Source: Octopus sinensis (Eukaryota). From it: DNA of 64,000 nt. The position numbers and the translations under genes were made by a program. The notes under the pieces are model-generated. The model was given only the letters and a program-made list of their open reading frames with translations, had not been told where the DNA came from and did not search any database. The stretch spans positions 60,450,001-60,514,000 of the forward strand of contig NC_043004.1 of assembly GCF_006345805.1 (NCBI RefSeq), given 5' to 3'. Of the stretch, positions 38,623 through 53,216 are shown one piece after another; the stretch's first letter is position 1; each line of letters begins with the position of its first letter.

Positions 38623-38653
<31 letters not shown>

Positions 38654-38728
38654 TGTTTCTTTATTAGCCACACAGGGCTGCACACAGATAGAACAAATTA
38701 CAAGGTAGAGCTTTTCTTTTGAAGGTAT

Positions 38729-38759
<31 letters not shown>

Positions 38760-39083
38760 AGGAAGGGGGAGGTTCGATCAAAAGGGATCGTAAAAGGAGA
38801 GAAAGAGGACAAAAATAAGGGGGGTTAAAAGAAAAAAAAAAAAATGGGGGGGGGGAGGAAAAAAAAAATGGGGGGGGGGGAAAAAAAATGATCAATAGGG
38901 ATCGTTATCACAGAAATGTCAATATGAAGTGTAAAGGGGAGGACAGGTGAGGTTTACCCGTGGAAAGAAAAGCCTGCGGAAAAGACCACGGTAACCTCGG
39001 TCAATGAAGTCACATTTTATATTTCTTTTTTTTTTTTTTTTTTTTTTTGCAAATAAGCAACTCTCTGTTTTCGATTTCTGGGT

Positions 39084-42000
39084 TCATAGGACTATGCTCA
39101 AGGTGGCTTCGTCATTCATACGTGCCATTCTTGCTACATTCACCCATCTTTTTTTAAAACATTCGCTAGACAAAACTTGCCTCTCTACTCTCACTTTCCT
39201 TTTCAAGTGGTACTGAAGAAGTTGATGAGAGATTGACCAGAGAGGAAGTGTTGTCTCCAATCCTTTCAGACGCGTCCACCAGATACATTCTTTCGCCATA
39301 GCCACAAGGATGATGAAAATAGCTCTTCCTTCTTCCCGTTTGAAGGAGGAGGCGTGACAATATTGACGATAGACTCAGCTGATAAACCGACTCGTCCCAC
39401 ACGTGACAGCAGTTGTTCGACATAAGCCCACAGGTCGGAAATTGTTGGACACTGAACGAGTGCGTGCAGAACGCCCCGAGCTCGTCGTCGTACCTCCCCT
39501 CCACTAAACCCCTATAGAATGCTTTGGTTGTGTTGAAGTCACTTAAGGTCGACCCAGGACGGCAGAGTTGCTTGAGAGCAACGCCACTCGCGGTGCCATT
39601 TCGCCTTCCTCGCCCTCTTTTTGATCCACGACTGCAGTTCGGTCATGGAGACGAGCTGCGGGAAGCGTGCCTCACAAACGGCGACCACACCTGTTCACCG
39701 TCGTCTACATAGAGCCAGAGATGTCGCAGTCTCAGCGCGTGTCTGCGCATCATCAACCACGGCATGCCCAGCCCTCCCTTTTAACGGGTGTTTGACAGCA
39801 AATGGATCGCCTGACCATCGGGACGCATCCTTTCCACAAGAAGCGAAAGAGGATGCGTTGTAGTTTGGTGATGGTAGGGTCGGGACAATTACGACGGTCA
39901 GGCGGTAGTAGATGACGGACGCGATGTACGTGTTCGCCACCTCCGCTCGACCTTTTAGGGACACAGTTTCCTCTCTCGCCATTGCCGGGCGAGAGTGACC
40001 ACCCTACTCGTTATCTCGTTCGTTCCTTTCTCTCTCTCCTCCACTTGGAGGTCCGGACCGAACCAGACCCCGAGCAACTCAACCGGCCGTCGGTCCAGCG
40101 TCCCACGACGGAGGCGCTGGTGGACGGCATGGCTTGCTTCTCCCAGTTGCCTAGTCGCAAGCCCACTGACTTTTCCCGGTTGATTTTCGCTCCTGTCACC
40201 GCTTCGTAGTTTTTCAGTGTCTCACCGACCAGCTCGATGTGCTCGTGGCTTGACACTATGACGGTGACGTCGTCCGCGTATGCAGACACGCTCGTCCCGC
40301 ATCCCAATTCTCGCGGGATGCCCCTTAGAGTCGCCAGCTTCCGCAGTAGTGGCTCAAGAGTCAATACGTATAGAAGCGCCGAGAGGGGGCATCCCTGACG
40401 GACCGAACGTGCAATGTCGAAAGGTCTCGATAGATGTCCATTTACGCGAATTACCGAACGGATGCCTCTGTACAAGGCAGCTATCCAGCCCGGAAGACGG
40501 GACCGAAACCAGCCGCTCTCAGGACTGCCTCCAGTATCGATGGTCTACCCTATCAAAGGCTTTCGATTGATCCAAGTTGATCAGGGCCCCACCCATGCCA
40601 GGTTCGTTAACTACCCTGTCTATGATGTACCGCATCAGATGGAGGTTGTCATGGATGGTCCGGCCTGGCCACGGCGCATGTTTGCGCCTTGTCGACCAGT
40701 TTCTCGATGACAAGCGCCAACCTCTGGCTAACACCTTGGCCAAAATTTCAAGTCTGCATTAAAGCAGAGTGATGGGCCTAAAGTTATCTATTACATTTCC
40801 CTTGTTTAGATCTTTCTTCAGCAGTGTTACGGCTCCTCGGCTCACAAAACCAGGAATGCTCCCGTTTTGCTGCCAGTTGCAGTACACCGCCGCCAAGAGA
40901 TCTCCAAACAAGTCTGGCATACAATTGTAAAGCTCGTAGGGTAGACCATCCAAACCCGGTGATTTGTCCCTCGAGCATTCTGCCATCGCTTTCCCGCACT
41001 TCCCGGCCGCCGTGATGGCACCCTTCGCCACCCTGCCTTTCTTGTCGAGAGTCGTGGTAGGCTATGTAGGTAGGCACTGAAGTTCCACCCTACGTTCTTG
41101 CCCTCCACTCGTTCCGAACAGTCGGGCAAAATGTTGCTGAAAGGCTCACACATTTTATTTGGCTCGAGCAATTCGCGCCCCTGTTCATCTACCATGACCG
41201 AATGGTGGCTTTGTTGCCCTGTTGCGCCTCTGCCCCCCGGGCCTCTCTCGCGGCTCCACACCTTCGTTCCTTAGAGCACGCATCCTAGCTCTGACAGCAC
41301 ATCCTTCGTGTTTGGCGTTGAAGTGTTGGTCGAGGCCAACCTCGCCGCCAAACGTCGGATGCGATCCGCTCTAATTGCCTCTTCTAGCTTCTTAACTAGC
41401 TCACCCTCTACTCTATTTCTATCTATGGCTAGTGCTTTGCTGTACCTAATCGCTTCGGCTTTTACTGCTCTCTTGAGGGCAAACACCATTTGTTGTTGAT
41501 GATGGCTCCCGTCAAAGCCCTCTTTACTAGTGTGCTAATTCCGGTCTCTGAAAACCTGTCTCGATGGGAAAGAGCGTTTGTTTCCAGTATCCGGGACCCT
41601 GACTAAGTGTCTTACCTAAGTCTAGCGTACATGTCACAAGTTTGTGATCCGTGTAGCTGACTATGTGGAAATGTGGACATCCTATGCTATCTCTATCTAC
41701 TGTCCTACACAGTATCCTATCTAGATACGATCTCGACGACCCGATGCGGTTGCTCCATGTCCACGTTGGCGCATTCGGGTGGTCTAGTCGGAACCTGTCA
41801 GACAGTTGAGCGTCTGGCAGGTCTCTGAGGCATTTGCATCCCCGTCATATTCATCTATCTCTCTACCCACGTAGTCTACATGCTGTCCAAGGTAGCATTC
41901 CAATCCCCCACTAAGAGTAAAGGACGAGACGTTCCCAAGAAAACTTCTAGACGTTGAAAGAAATCCGCCCGACCTGTTAAGGGCGGTGCGTAACTGATAC

Positions 42001-42318
42001 GAGTCGAAAAGCGCACCCATTGCTGCCGTCGACATCCAGGACGACCAGTCTACCCTCCGGGTCTACGAATATTGTCCTTACTTTGAGATCCAGACTCTTG
42101 TGAAAAGTACCGCGGTGCCACTACCGCCCATTCTCGGCAGACAGGGAAAAATAAATGTTGAACTGTCCGCCAAACATGGTCTTAGGGCCCGCGGATTGTG
42201 GAGTCTGGTCTCGCTTATGGCTATGATTTCTAACTTATGTGACTTTATGTCATTTAAGAGGTACCCTTGTTTCCAAGGGGACCCCAGCCACGCGCATTTA
42301 CAAACCAATCTTGATCAT
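39084..42318 (-). pseudogene. LINE ORF2 (APE endonuclease + RT), frameshifted as assembled
   Basis: MIKIG.VNARG.GSPWKQGYLLNDIKSHKLEIIAISETR (APE); DKSPGLDGLP.E.Y, NFRPITLL, LINLDQSKAFDRVDH, QGCPLS, YADDVT (RT). Confidence 0.9.
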
Positions 42319-42344
42319 AGTTCTAATGAATTAGAATACAGAGG

Positions 42345-43926
<1,582 letters not shown>

Positions 43927-44379
43927 TACTGCTATGCAGTAGTAGCCATATCACATAGTCATGCGCTAATCTACCAGAATGTGCGTTCATCATATGTATA
44001 TATGTATATATATATACACACATATATATAACACATATGTATATTTATATTTATATATATATGTGTGTGTGTGTATGCGTGAGTGTGTGTACTAGTGTGT
44101 GCGCGCGCGTGTGTGTAGGCAGCCGTATATTGATGCATACATATATACATACATACACACATATATACATATATACACGCAATTATATGCATATATATAT
44201 ATATGTGCATATGTGTGTGTGTATGTATGTATGTATATATATTTCTATATATGTATGTATATATTTGAAAGGACATTTGTATATGCATATAGCAGCATTG
44301 ACGTCCGATGGTAAGACGTATACAATGTAGTAAAATTGATAAAGATTAGTGCAATGTTCGTGCCATGTGGTGTAGAAAG

Positions 44380-44414
44380 TTCTACGTTTCGGACACGTGT
44401 CCTTCTTCGAGGAA
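44380..44414 (-). ncRNA. Minimal hammerhead-like motif, variant core
   Basis: Minus: ttc CT(C)GAAGA a ggac acgt gtcc GAAACGTA gaa; extra C in the core, loop-less palindromic stem III ACGT. Confidence 0.45.
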
Positions 44415-44992
44415 GTGTTGACAGTGAAAAATGAATTTGAAAGAGCAAAAGTTTCTGTCTATTTCTTTACTACAGGCCCTACAATTACTCATTTATGTTT
44501 GTGAAGCATCGCTTCGCTCCATGGATGCATATTTCAAGGCGTAAACAAATGTTTCCTTTTGCACCGACCGGTTTAAATGAATGTTTTCCTTCTACTTCTT
44601 CACCTCCTCTTATTTCGTTAAACCGTTTCATTGCCCTTCAACTCATATCACCTTTTCCTTTCACATCAATTTGCGTGCTTCCGCTTACTCCATTATTCTT
44701 TCCTTCTTTCGCATGCTGTTTTCCTATCATATCTTATTCACGTATGAAGTTCACGGTTTCTTACATTCATTATGAATGGATTTCAGCCAACTATTCTACA
44801 TCTTTCTCTGGAGAACGATACAGTCTGAAAGGTTAAATAAATAATATGTTTACTTATCTATCCTACAACAGACCTGCGATTGACCCCAGCCTAAATTCAT
44901 AAAGACATTTCCTTAACCAATTTCAATACCAAACCTTATTTCCCCAACCCACTTTACGCGTATTCTTCTTCTCCATAACAAACTTACCGTCT

Positions 44993-45067
<75 letters not shown>

Positions 45068-46592
45068 TATATATACATATATATATATATTTCTTCTTCA
45101 CAAATGTGTTTTCCTCTCAAACTGAGCTTCCTACGTACTTTGGTACGAGTTCATAACTACAGCGCGTTAGCACAATGTAAACTTCATACAATCAATGTAT
45201 CCTTAGCCTGAAGTGTAGCTGGCATTCTCCTCTTTGTTTCGATAATTACTACTTCCGAGCTTCCGCTTACTATGAATCATATTTAACTCGGATTTTATCT
45301 ACTCCATTCTCTAACTTTTGTTTATATATATATATATATATATAAATTCGTACATTCAGTTATTCAATTTATGCGTAAATGCACACCTATGCATTCAAGC
45401 AAATATGGGGGTATGTATGCACTTAGGTATATGTTGCATACGTTCTGTGTCTAACGTCCCATAGACTCTTATATATGCTGCTCTTCTTCCTGCGAATTTG
45501 CATATACATTACAATTATAACATACATTACTTTCATACGCGAGCAATAATTAACGTGTTTAATTTTCTCGTTGATTAAGGAGGAAATAAACGTAATTATG
45601 TAGTTTGTATGAGACAGCTAAATACTTAACAAGTAATGGTTTCTAAATGCTCGAGGCATTGAATCCAGTGAATAATATTCATATAACTGTTTGTAATATA
45701 CCATCGTCAAATTTGGCATTTTTGTCAACCGTTGGAGCATCGAATAAAATACCTGTATAATATTTGTTCTAGCTTTCGGCTGTCTTACTACAAAAACCTA
45801 CTCAATCAACGTTACACTTAATCCCACGAGTTTACAAACTAAATGAAGAGTCAAACAGTGGAATCAATGGTAAGGATTAACTAACTTCCTGGAATTTTAA
45901 AACCAGTAGCAATAATACAAATGCTGTCATTTTAAACAGAGTATATTTCTAGATTTTCAAAATCTTTCCTTTGGTTTTAGACCGTAATATATTTGTAATA
46001 GCATCATTAAAATGCTTAAAAGTATTAAATTAATGTGGACAGCAATATAGAGAATATTCCATGTGTGAATAATTCGGCATATTATATATTTAAAACTGTA
46101 GGCGTATATGATTTATCGTGTACAGCATTTATCTTGTGCTACCATTTACACCTATAAATCTTATGCTAAATTCCTTTTGTGCGTTTTGTTTTATTCCTGA
46201 AGAGAGCACTTTATATTGTATTCATTGACTTAGGCAATCTATTGGGAATAACGACTATATCAACAATGAACGTTAACTATAATAGGTTGTATGCATGAGA
46301 AGCAGGTGTTTTAAACATATTATCCCGGGAAACCAGAGCGAAAACTCTGTTTAACAAGGCTTACTTCATAAAATATTATATTCATACATCTTCTTTAAAA
46401 AATCATCATCATCATCATCATCACTATCATCTTAATTATCATCATCGCCGTCGTCATTGTTGTTGTTGATGTTTTACTTCTCAGAGCGTTCGATCTTGTT
46501 TGCTCAGGTAGATTCTGTGAGAGTGCACAGAGCCTGCTGTCAGGTGTCTCCCTTTCATTACGTTGTAAGTTTTGCCACTTGGTAGTTAGTGG

Positions 46593-46710
46593 AGGCGCAA
46601 TGGCCCAGTGGTTAGGGTAGCTAACTCGCGGTCGAAGGATCGCTGTTTCGATTCCCAGACCGGGCGTTGTGTGTGTTTATTGAGCGAAAACACCTAAAGC
46701 TCCACGGGGC
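46593..46710 (+). mobile_element. SINE family C head fragment
   Basis: ggaggcgcaatggcccagtggttagggtagctaactcgcggtcg..tttcgattcccagaccgggcg matches 8604-8720. Confidence 0.85.
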
Positions 46711-46729
46711 TTGACTCTATTCCAATATC

Positions 46730-47240
46730 CTTTACATTCCTCTTGATGCCTTCTGATACTGTTCACAAGGACCAAACAATAATTGGCACTATCTTCACCT
46801 TCTTCATTTTCCATAGTCGGGCTATTTCGTACTTAAGATGGTTGTATTTATCTTTCATCTTGACTGTTCAGTGGTCAAAGGGGCATGCCACATCAAATAT
46901 ATATCACATGTGGCCCATTCTGTTATGCTCTAGCACCTGATCTCTTTGGATTGGAAAATCTTTGAGGATTTTCCTAGTCTCCGACTCCACCATTTTCTAC
47001 GGTTTGTGCTCATACCACATCTTGCCTCTCTCAAGCCGCTACTTTTAGCACAGTTTCCAGTGTAGCACTTTCGCCACCAGATCCTGTCGCCACAACTTGA
47101 AGTGGTTTGGGGCAAGTCTAGATCATTCTTTCGCGAGCAATGGTTTCATCAACTCTATCGCAGATGCGGCACAGCAGAGGTACTTTCTCTTTCATAAGGT
47201 TGATCCTCCAGTTCGATGCCTGTACAGTGATCTCGTTCTC
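46730..47240 (-). pseudogene. R4/Dong-like LINE zinc knuckle/REL fragment, degenerate
   Basis: CRICDRVDETI..WYEHKP..VESETRKILKDFPIQRD..DVACPFD..KYNHLKYEIARLWKMKKVKIVPII. Confidence 0.7.
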
Positions 47241-47399
47241 CCTTTACTTTTTTAATAGTTAGAATTATTATCAATATTACTATTGTCGTTGTTGTTGCTG
47301 TCGTTGTTGTTTGGTTTGGCTCAACTTCGGTCTTATTCCTGGTAGGGTTAATGTGGATAAAGGGTTACTTCCTGTTATCTTAGGTATCTACAAGTTTTC

Positions 47400-47655
47400 C
47401 GTAGTTTCTTAAGTGCTTAGAACCTTTCTGATAATCCTTGCTGTCCCTAAGAGACAAACATTCTTTAGGTGCTCTACAGGGTATTCCTTTCCAATCTCCA
47501 TCAGCCATTTGTCTATATGTTTGCTCACAGTTCCTAATGCAGCAATTATTAAAGGCACGACTTCTACAATTCTCATACTCTAAATTCTTCTTATTTCAAA
47601 TTTTAAGAGATTTTTTTTCTTCCTCGTTCTTTTCGATCCTGGAATCAAACGGGCT
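47400..47655 (-). pseudogene. R4/Dong-like LINE C-terminal fragment
   Basis: PFDSRIEKNEEEK..LKFEIRRI*SMRIVEVVPLIIAALGTVSKHIDKWL..CLLGTARIIRKVLST*. Confidence 0.75.
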
Positions 47656-48259
47656 ATTATTATTATTACTTGCATTGTTGTCATCATCATTATAACCATC
47701 GTCATCCACACCTTCTTCCTCCTCATCATCATCTGCCATCATCATTATCTGTTTTCATATGATTTAGTTACTTTTGGGTCGGAAACAACTACATGCATTT
47801 TCAAGACCTTGAGAAAGTTTGATGGAATGAATAAAATTTGACATGTTCGTCCGTATCGTCTGTTCAGGCTAGATTTGGTCATTTTTATTCTTCCTTTTTT
47901 AGGGACAGTTTAGCGTATTAAGGCACAGTCAACGACATCGCAGAGCTTAGAGATTAAGGTTGTAATTGAGACAATCGCAGACATGGAGGACTGGGAGCCA
48001 TTTGAATATTTCACAAATAATAACCTGTATCATGATGAATTACACCGGGTATGAAAGTACCGACATCATGACTGCTGCCGAACGCCCTGTAAACATAAAA
48101 ATTACTGTAAGACATGACAAGGACAACTAAAACGGATAGTGCGAAGCCGTAGCCAGTAGAATGGGACACTGGGGCGTTCTGAATACGTCCGCACACCGGT
48201 ATTTATTTAACTGATGCAGGATATGTTAATGAAACATCTGAAGAAGGGAATTTCATCTT

Positions 48260-49000
48260 GTGTTGGAGTCCGCACCATGGAACTGGCACCGCATGAGGAT
48301 CTTCATTATAACATCTACAATAAGCTCAAGCGCAAAATTCTGACATCTAAGTTCCAAGAAATCCTCTCAACGAAGACAAAATAGATTCCGAACAGCTTAA
48401 AGCATGCTGTTGTGCCGAGAATGATATGATTCTTCTAAGATGAAAAGAAAAGATTGCCAAGACAATTGATACAACACACAGAACAGCAGGTGATAGCCTA
48501 AAATCCATGTGAGGCCCCACATATCATGAAATTCAAGTTCAACCAGAAATGTGATGGTCTTTTTGTGTGTCTGTACCGAGGGTGACGTCATGCCGCCCCA
48601 CATATTCGAAGAGGGTCCTAGGCTCAATTCAATCTGGGTTGTGAAGCTGCTGGAGGATGGGGTAAAAACATGGTTGGAGAGGGGGGTTGCATCTTGAGAG
48701 TATTATGTGTGGCAGTAGGATCCGGCACTTTTCCATATCTCTGAATAGAGTGAGAAGTGGTTACTGGATAATTTCTACATCTTCCGAAGCCCCAAATTAT
48801 GGCTTCCTAATTACCCTGCTGTATTATGATGGATTACTCTGAGAGGGGAGTAGTTGAGGAGTTACAGGTCCCTCAGACTGCAACACTAAGATCATGGAGG
48901 TTTTTCCACTACCTTCCTTGGGACGCAGTGAGGAACACCTGTGCCAGGATCTGGAGCCACTTTGAGGCAGTAGCGGAAACTGAGGGCAGCTACTTTGAGT
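48260..49000 (+). mobile_element. Tc1/mariner DD37D-type transposase relic
   Basis: HEDL.Y..NSLKH..FF*DEK..MKFKF..VMVF..EGDVMPPHIFEEG.RLNS..WQ*D..WLLDNF..WLPN; many stops. Confidence 0.7.
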
Positions 49001-50413
49001 AAACTGTTATCTCCCCGTAATAATCTAGCTGATATTTTTCCATATTTTTCAAATTATTTTGTTTTTCGATGTGATATTATTTTCTTTCCTTCTTGTGCTA
49101 ACTATCAAATTTATACCGAACACACTTTACATATTCTACAACATAATTTTCTCAACGGTTTTTGTTGATATTAAAATGGATAATGTATTCCATCTACGAT
49201 TCAAAAGAAGAACAATTTCTCCAAAAGGCTTCCACATTGATTTTGTGTAATAAATTTCTTTGCCATGACCCAGATATACTTATGATTTAAGTAGAAGACG
49301 ACTCGGAAATGAAACCGAATACAGAAGCCATCATCTTTGGTTATGAACCCATCACGAGATACACCAGTATGTTATATATTGTCTGTACCCCTACCGTTAG
49401 TATCATGAAAAGGATTGATTGTTCATAATTTTATTTCACAGAAAATATATGAAAGTGCATTCGTCACTTCTGAAAATAGCAGCGACAGAGATTTGAAACA
49501 GAATCCATCACTAGACTGTTGAGTTGTTTATCTTTTGCTTGAAAATATGCATCATACTACTAAGAGAAATCGAAACGAAATATCTCTGCGATGGAGTTAT
49601 ATCTAATGCATCAAAGTTTGCGAATTTGTTTACGATTTTACATTAAGCTATAGGCAGCCATAGATTATCTATTGTTTACGGTCTACATTCTAAATAAATC
49701 TAGCTACATTTGCAGCTGCTGTCTCTACACATTCATTGCTACAGAAAACTTAAAATCAAATGATGCAGAATAAATTTGACAGCCGAATAGTGATACAAAC
49801 TATGGAACAACAATCAATTAAGGAAAGCAATGATGAAACATTGTGAAATAATCCACATAAAGCTATAAAGAAAAAGAAACAGAACACAAGCAGTTAAATG
49901 GGTTTTTACGCGCATCCATAACTATTCTGGAACGACGATCAACAGCTGCACAGGAATACACAAATATAAAACATGCAAACACACGTAGATCATTTTCTTA
50001 TTTCTCTCTCTCACTCACTCTCTCTCTCTCTCTCTCTTTCTCTTTGTCTCTCTCGCTCTTCCTCTCTCTCCCTCGCACTTTCTCTGTCTATCTCTCCTAG
50101 GCTTTTCCCCCCTCTCCCCCTCTCCCCCTCTCCCCCTCTCTCTTTCTCTTTCTCTCTCTCTCTCTATCTCTCTCTCCGTTCGTATATATATTTTTTCGCA
50201 TTTTATTATTTTCCGGGTTCGATTTAATAAACTGTTGCCATGCCAAGTCAAAGTCTTGAAAGGCTCAGTTGAACAAATCAAGTCCAGTTATTTTTTTAAA
50301 ACCTGATATCTATTCTATCAGTCATTGCCGGACTATAAACTTTCAAGGACGCAATCAAACTAATGCCGGTTGGGAGGTGCAGCGATTAGAAAATAATACA
50401 AGTATATATATAT

Positions 50414-50522
50414 GTTACATTACTCGATAGTCAAGATAAAGCTCTGAGTTTCAGATGCCGAAGTGGATTTCCACTTCGGCATCTGAAACTCTGTATTATC
50501 TTGACTATTGAGTAAATGTAAC
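50414..50522. repeat. Fold-back inverted repeat (about 53-bp imperfect arms)
   Basis: Centre gagtttcagatgccgaagtgga-tt-tccacttcggcatctgaaactc is perfect; the right arm carries a GAAACTCTGTA half-HHR-like motif. Confidence 0.9.
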
Positions 50523-50602
50523 ATTATTTTATAGATAAATTTCCTCTATTTACATAATATTGAGGTCTCTTTCTTTCTTTTGTTATCTTACCGTTTTTGC
50601 CA

Positions 50603-50634
<32 letters not shown>

Positions 50635-50637
50635 ATA

Positions 50638-51195
50638 TTGGGCTGTCCGGAGAGTTCGTACCGATTTATAGTACCTTACTTTCGACTTATTTTAGAACAT
50701 GGTTGAATCCATAAAATAGGATTTGACTACATTTAGAGCACAGTTTAAGCTAGCTTTTCGTGGAAGAAGGTTTATGTTCCTATAGTCTGTGTTAATTCTG
50801 TAACCCTTTAAATTGGAAGATAAGAAAGTTCATTTTCGGCACTTGATGCTTTGGGAACAAGACAAAAATTGCTGCAACTCGGCTGTGATGTGTTATCCCA
50901 CCCTCCATATTCATCAGATATTGTTCCTTCGGATTTCTACTTATTCAGGTCTCTGCAGAATAGTCTTAATGGTAAAAATTTCAATTCCTTGGATGACACA
51001 AAAAGATACCCTGGTGAATTCTTTGCCATGAAATCACCTCAATTCTGGGAAGAGAGTATTTTCAAGTTAAATGTAGAATAGAGACGCACTGTGCAACAAA
51101 ATGGTTCATGTTTGGTTGATTAAAAATGTAATGGCAAGTATTTACTGACCTTTTTCTTTCCTTTAAATATCGGCGCGAACTTTCCGGACAAACCA
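50638..51195 (+). mobile_element. Mariner element, internally deleted
   Basis: TA on both flanks; 28-bp TIRs with 5 mismatches (ttgggctgtccggagagttcgtaccgat / atcggcgcgaactttccggacaaaccaa); EDKKVHFRHLML fused to TRQKLLQLG.DVLSHPPYSSDIVPSDFYLFRSLQNSL. Confidence 0.9.
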
Positions 51196-52756
51196 ATAGC
51201 TACATATATAAATATTCACTAGCGTAAGGTGCTGCAAACTCTATCGTAGAAGTTGCAAATAAATTTTGCATTATTTTATCTTAGATTATATTCGCTTCTG
51301 CAAACTTTGTGTTTAAAATGTATCCTTTACTTATATAACAGTGTACCATTCCGTCACACATTCCACTACCTTCTTTTACATGTCAGAACCTTCTTTTACA
51401 TGGCAGAACTTAAATTAGTCTGTCTTAATTTGCTCTTGCACTTGGGTTATGCTTTACATATTATATTGCATTTTCCACCTAGTCGAATCTTAGTTTCTCT
51501 TAATTTCTTTCTGTTGTGTGTTGTTTTATCCTACATGTATTTGTCTGCACTTGGCTAAGGTTACTCAAGGATACAGCATATTGGTCTGGTAAAAAGAAAT
51601 ACTGTTTGTCATTGTGTATTATAATTTGTCCCTTATGAAGACAAATATTAATACTCGTGATGGTTGACCCCTTTCGTAGGCTCTGTAACTAGTAGGTACA
51701 AATAATATTGTGACTGAAGACCCTGTCCAAAACCCTTGCAACATACTCAACTCCTGCAGAGTTACCTTGGAGTGAATTTGTAGGGTGGAAATGTTCTGTT
51801 CTAGTCTTGACTAAAAAGAAAAATTATTTAGCCTGAGATACGGAAAAAATGAAAGTGTCCTCGCGTGTTTCGTATTTACACTTTATAGATATATTACGCA
51901 TTGCTGCAAAATAAATACGTTATATTATCAAGAAATCGTTGTCGATCCAGTGGGTTGAAAAGTTTTGATTTTACTTCGTTTTCACTTCGATTTCAAAAGT
52001 GGAACTGACTCCGCTTTCTCTTTCCGCTGGGCATTTTCAGCAAGTTTGCTTAACTTCATTCTCAGTTCGAGCTAGATTTCAGGGGTTAAAATCGTATGCA
52101 AAGCCATCACATGGTCTATTACTGTAATTCAAAGATTCCACCTTGCTACATATTGACCGAGGATGTCGCGACCGCGATTTTCGTTAAAGTTAAATGCCGT
52201 TATTTGATGCTACCTACTTACATGCTTATATGATAGTTTATTTATTTTATTGAACATCTGAAATGTTATCGTCGAAACTGAACGAGATCCATTTTAATTT
52301 CATATTGGAAAACATTCGTTACGTTCATTAAAAATATCCCTAAAATACAAAAACCGAAGTTATCAATTATCTGAATATCACAAGTTTTTCAGACTATGCG
52401 ATATAAAACTGTTTTATACCACAGCTAATATCTCGTCACGCCAAATTATCTGACTATTACAAATAACCGATACGTCTGGGTTGCTACAAACATTGCGATA
52501 TTGCTGGTATAAACAATGGAATATCGCCAGTAACAATCAGATTATCTATAATGAAACTATTTCCTTATCTGATACTAAAACCCACATAACCAAGAACGCG
52601 CATGTACATACATCTATAGACATACGCAGACACAAGCACAATATGCAGATATGGAAATACGCGTACATCCGTACGTTCACAGTAGATAAGAATACGAAAC
52701 CCAAACACACAAGAAGACGCAAAACCCCACAATATATGCATATATATGTATATATA

Positions 52757-52796
<40 letters not shown>

Positions 52797-52883
52797 TATT
52801 CGAGATAAAACCACTATTTTGCAAAACAAACAAGGAAAGACTTAATTAATACATAAAATTTTAATAAATAGTCAAAAAAACCG

Positions 52884-52926
52884 CCACTACAATCGTTTCT
52901 TGTCTTGATCGACAATCTTCAGGTGG
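52884..52926 (-). ncRNA. Minimal type-I hammerhead ribozyme (left arm)
   Basis: Mirror copy of 52965-53007. Confidence 0.8.
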
Positions 52927-52964
52927 ACTTCCAATAATTCAGTTGACACTGAATTATTGGAAGT

Positions 52965-53007
52965 CCACCTGAAGATTGTCGATCAAGACAAGAAACGATT
53001 GTAGTGG
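52965..53007 (+). ncRNA. Minimal type-I hammerhead ribozyme (right arm)
   Basis: ccac CTGAAGA ttgtc gatcaa gacaa GAAAC GATT GTA gtgg; cleavage predicted after 53003. Confidence 0.8.
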
Positions 53008-53185
53008 CGGTTTTTTTTGACTATTTATTAAAATTTTATGTATTAATTAAGTCTTTCCTTGTTTGTTTTGCAAAATAGTGGTTTTGTCTCGAATAATATT
53101 TTATAATATTTTACTATAAAATCGATTTAATCCTAAATCTGATTTTTTTCCCTGTAAATTTGGATTTATTCCCTAATATTTATTA

Positions 53186-53216
<31 letters not shown>

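Larger units (their letters stand above)
52787..53105. repeat. 319-bp near-perfect palindrome
   Basis: About 158-bp arms with a 4-nt loop (tgac, 52944-52947); one substitution and one homopolymer indel. Confidence 0.95.

Noticed and set aside
36671-42318. Horizontal transfer or viral origin of the GC-rich block
   Set aside because: APE, RT and zinc-knuckle motifs identify a LINE; higher GC is expected for a young coding element, and no phylogeny is available
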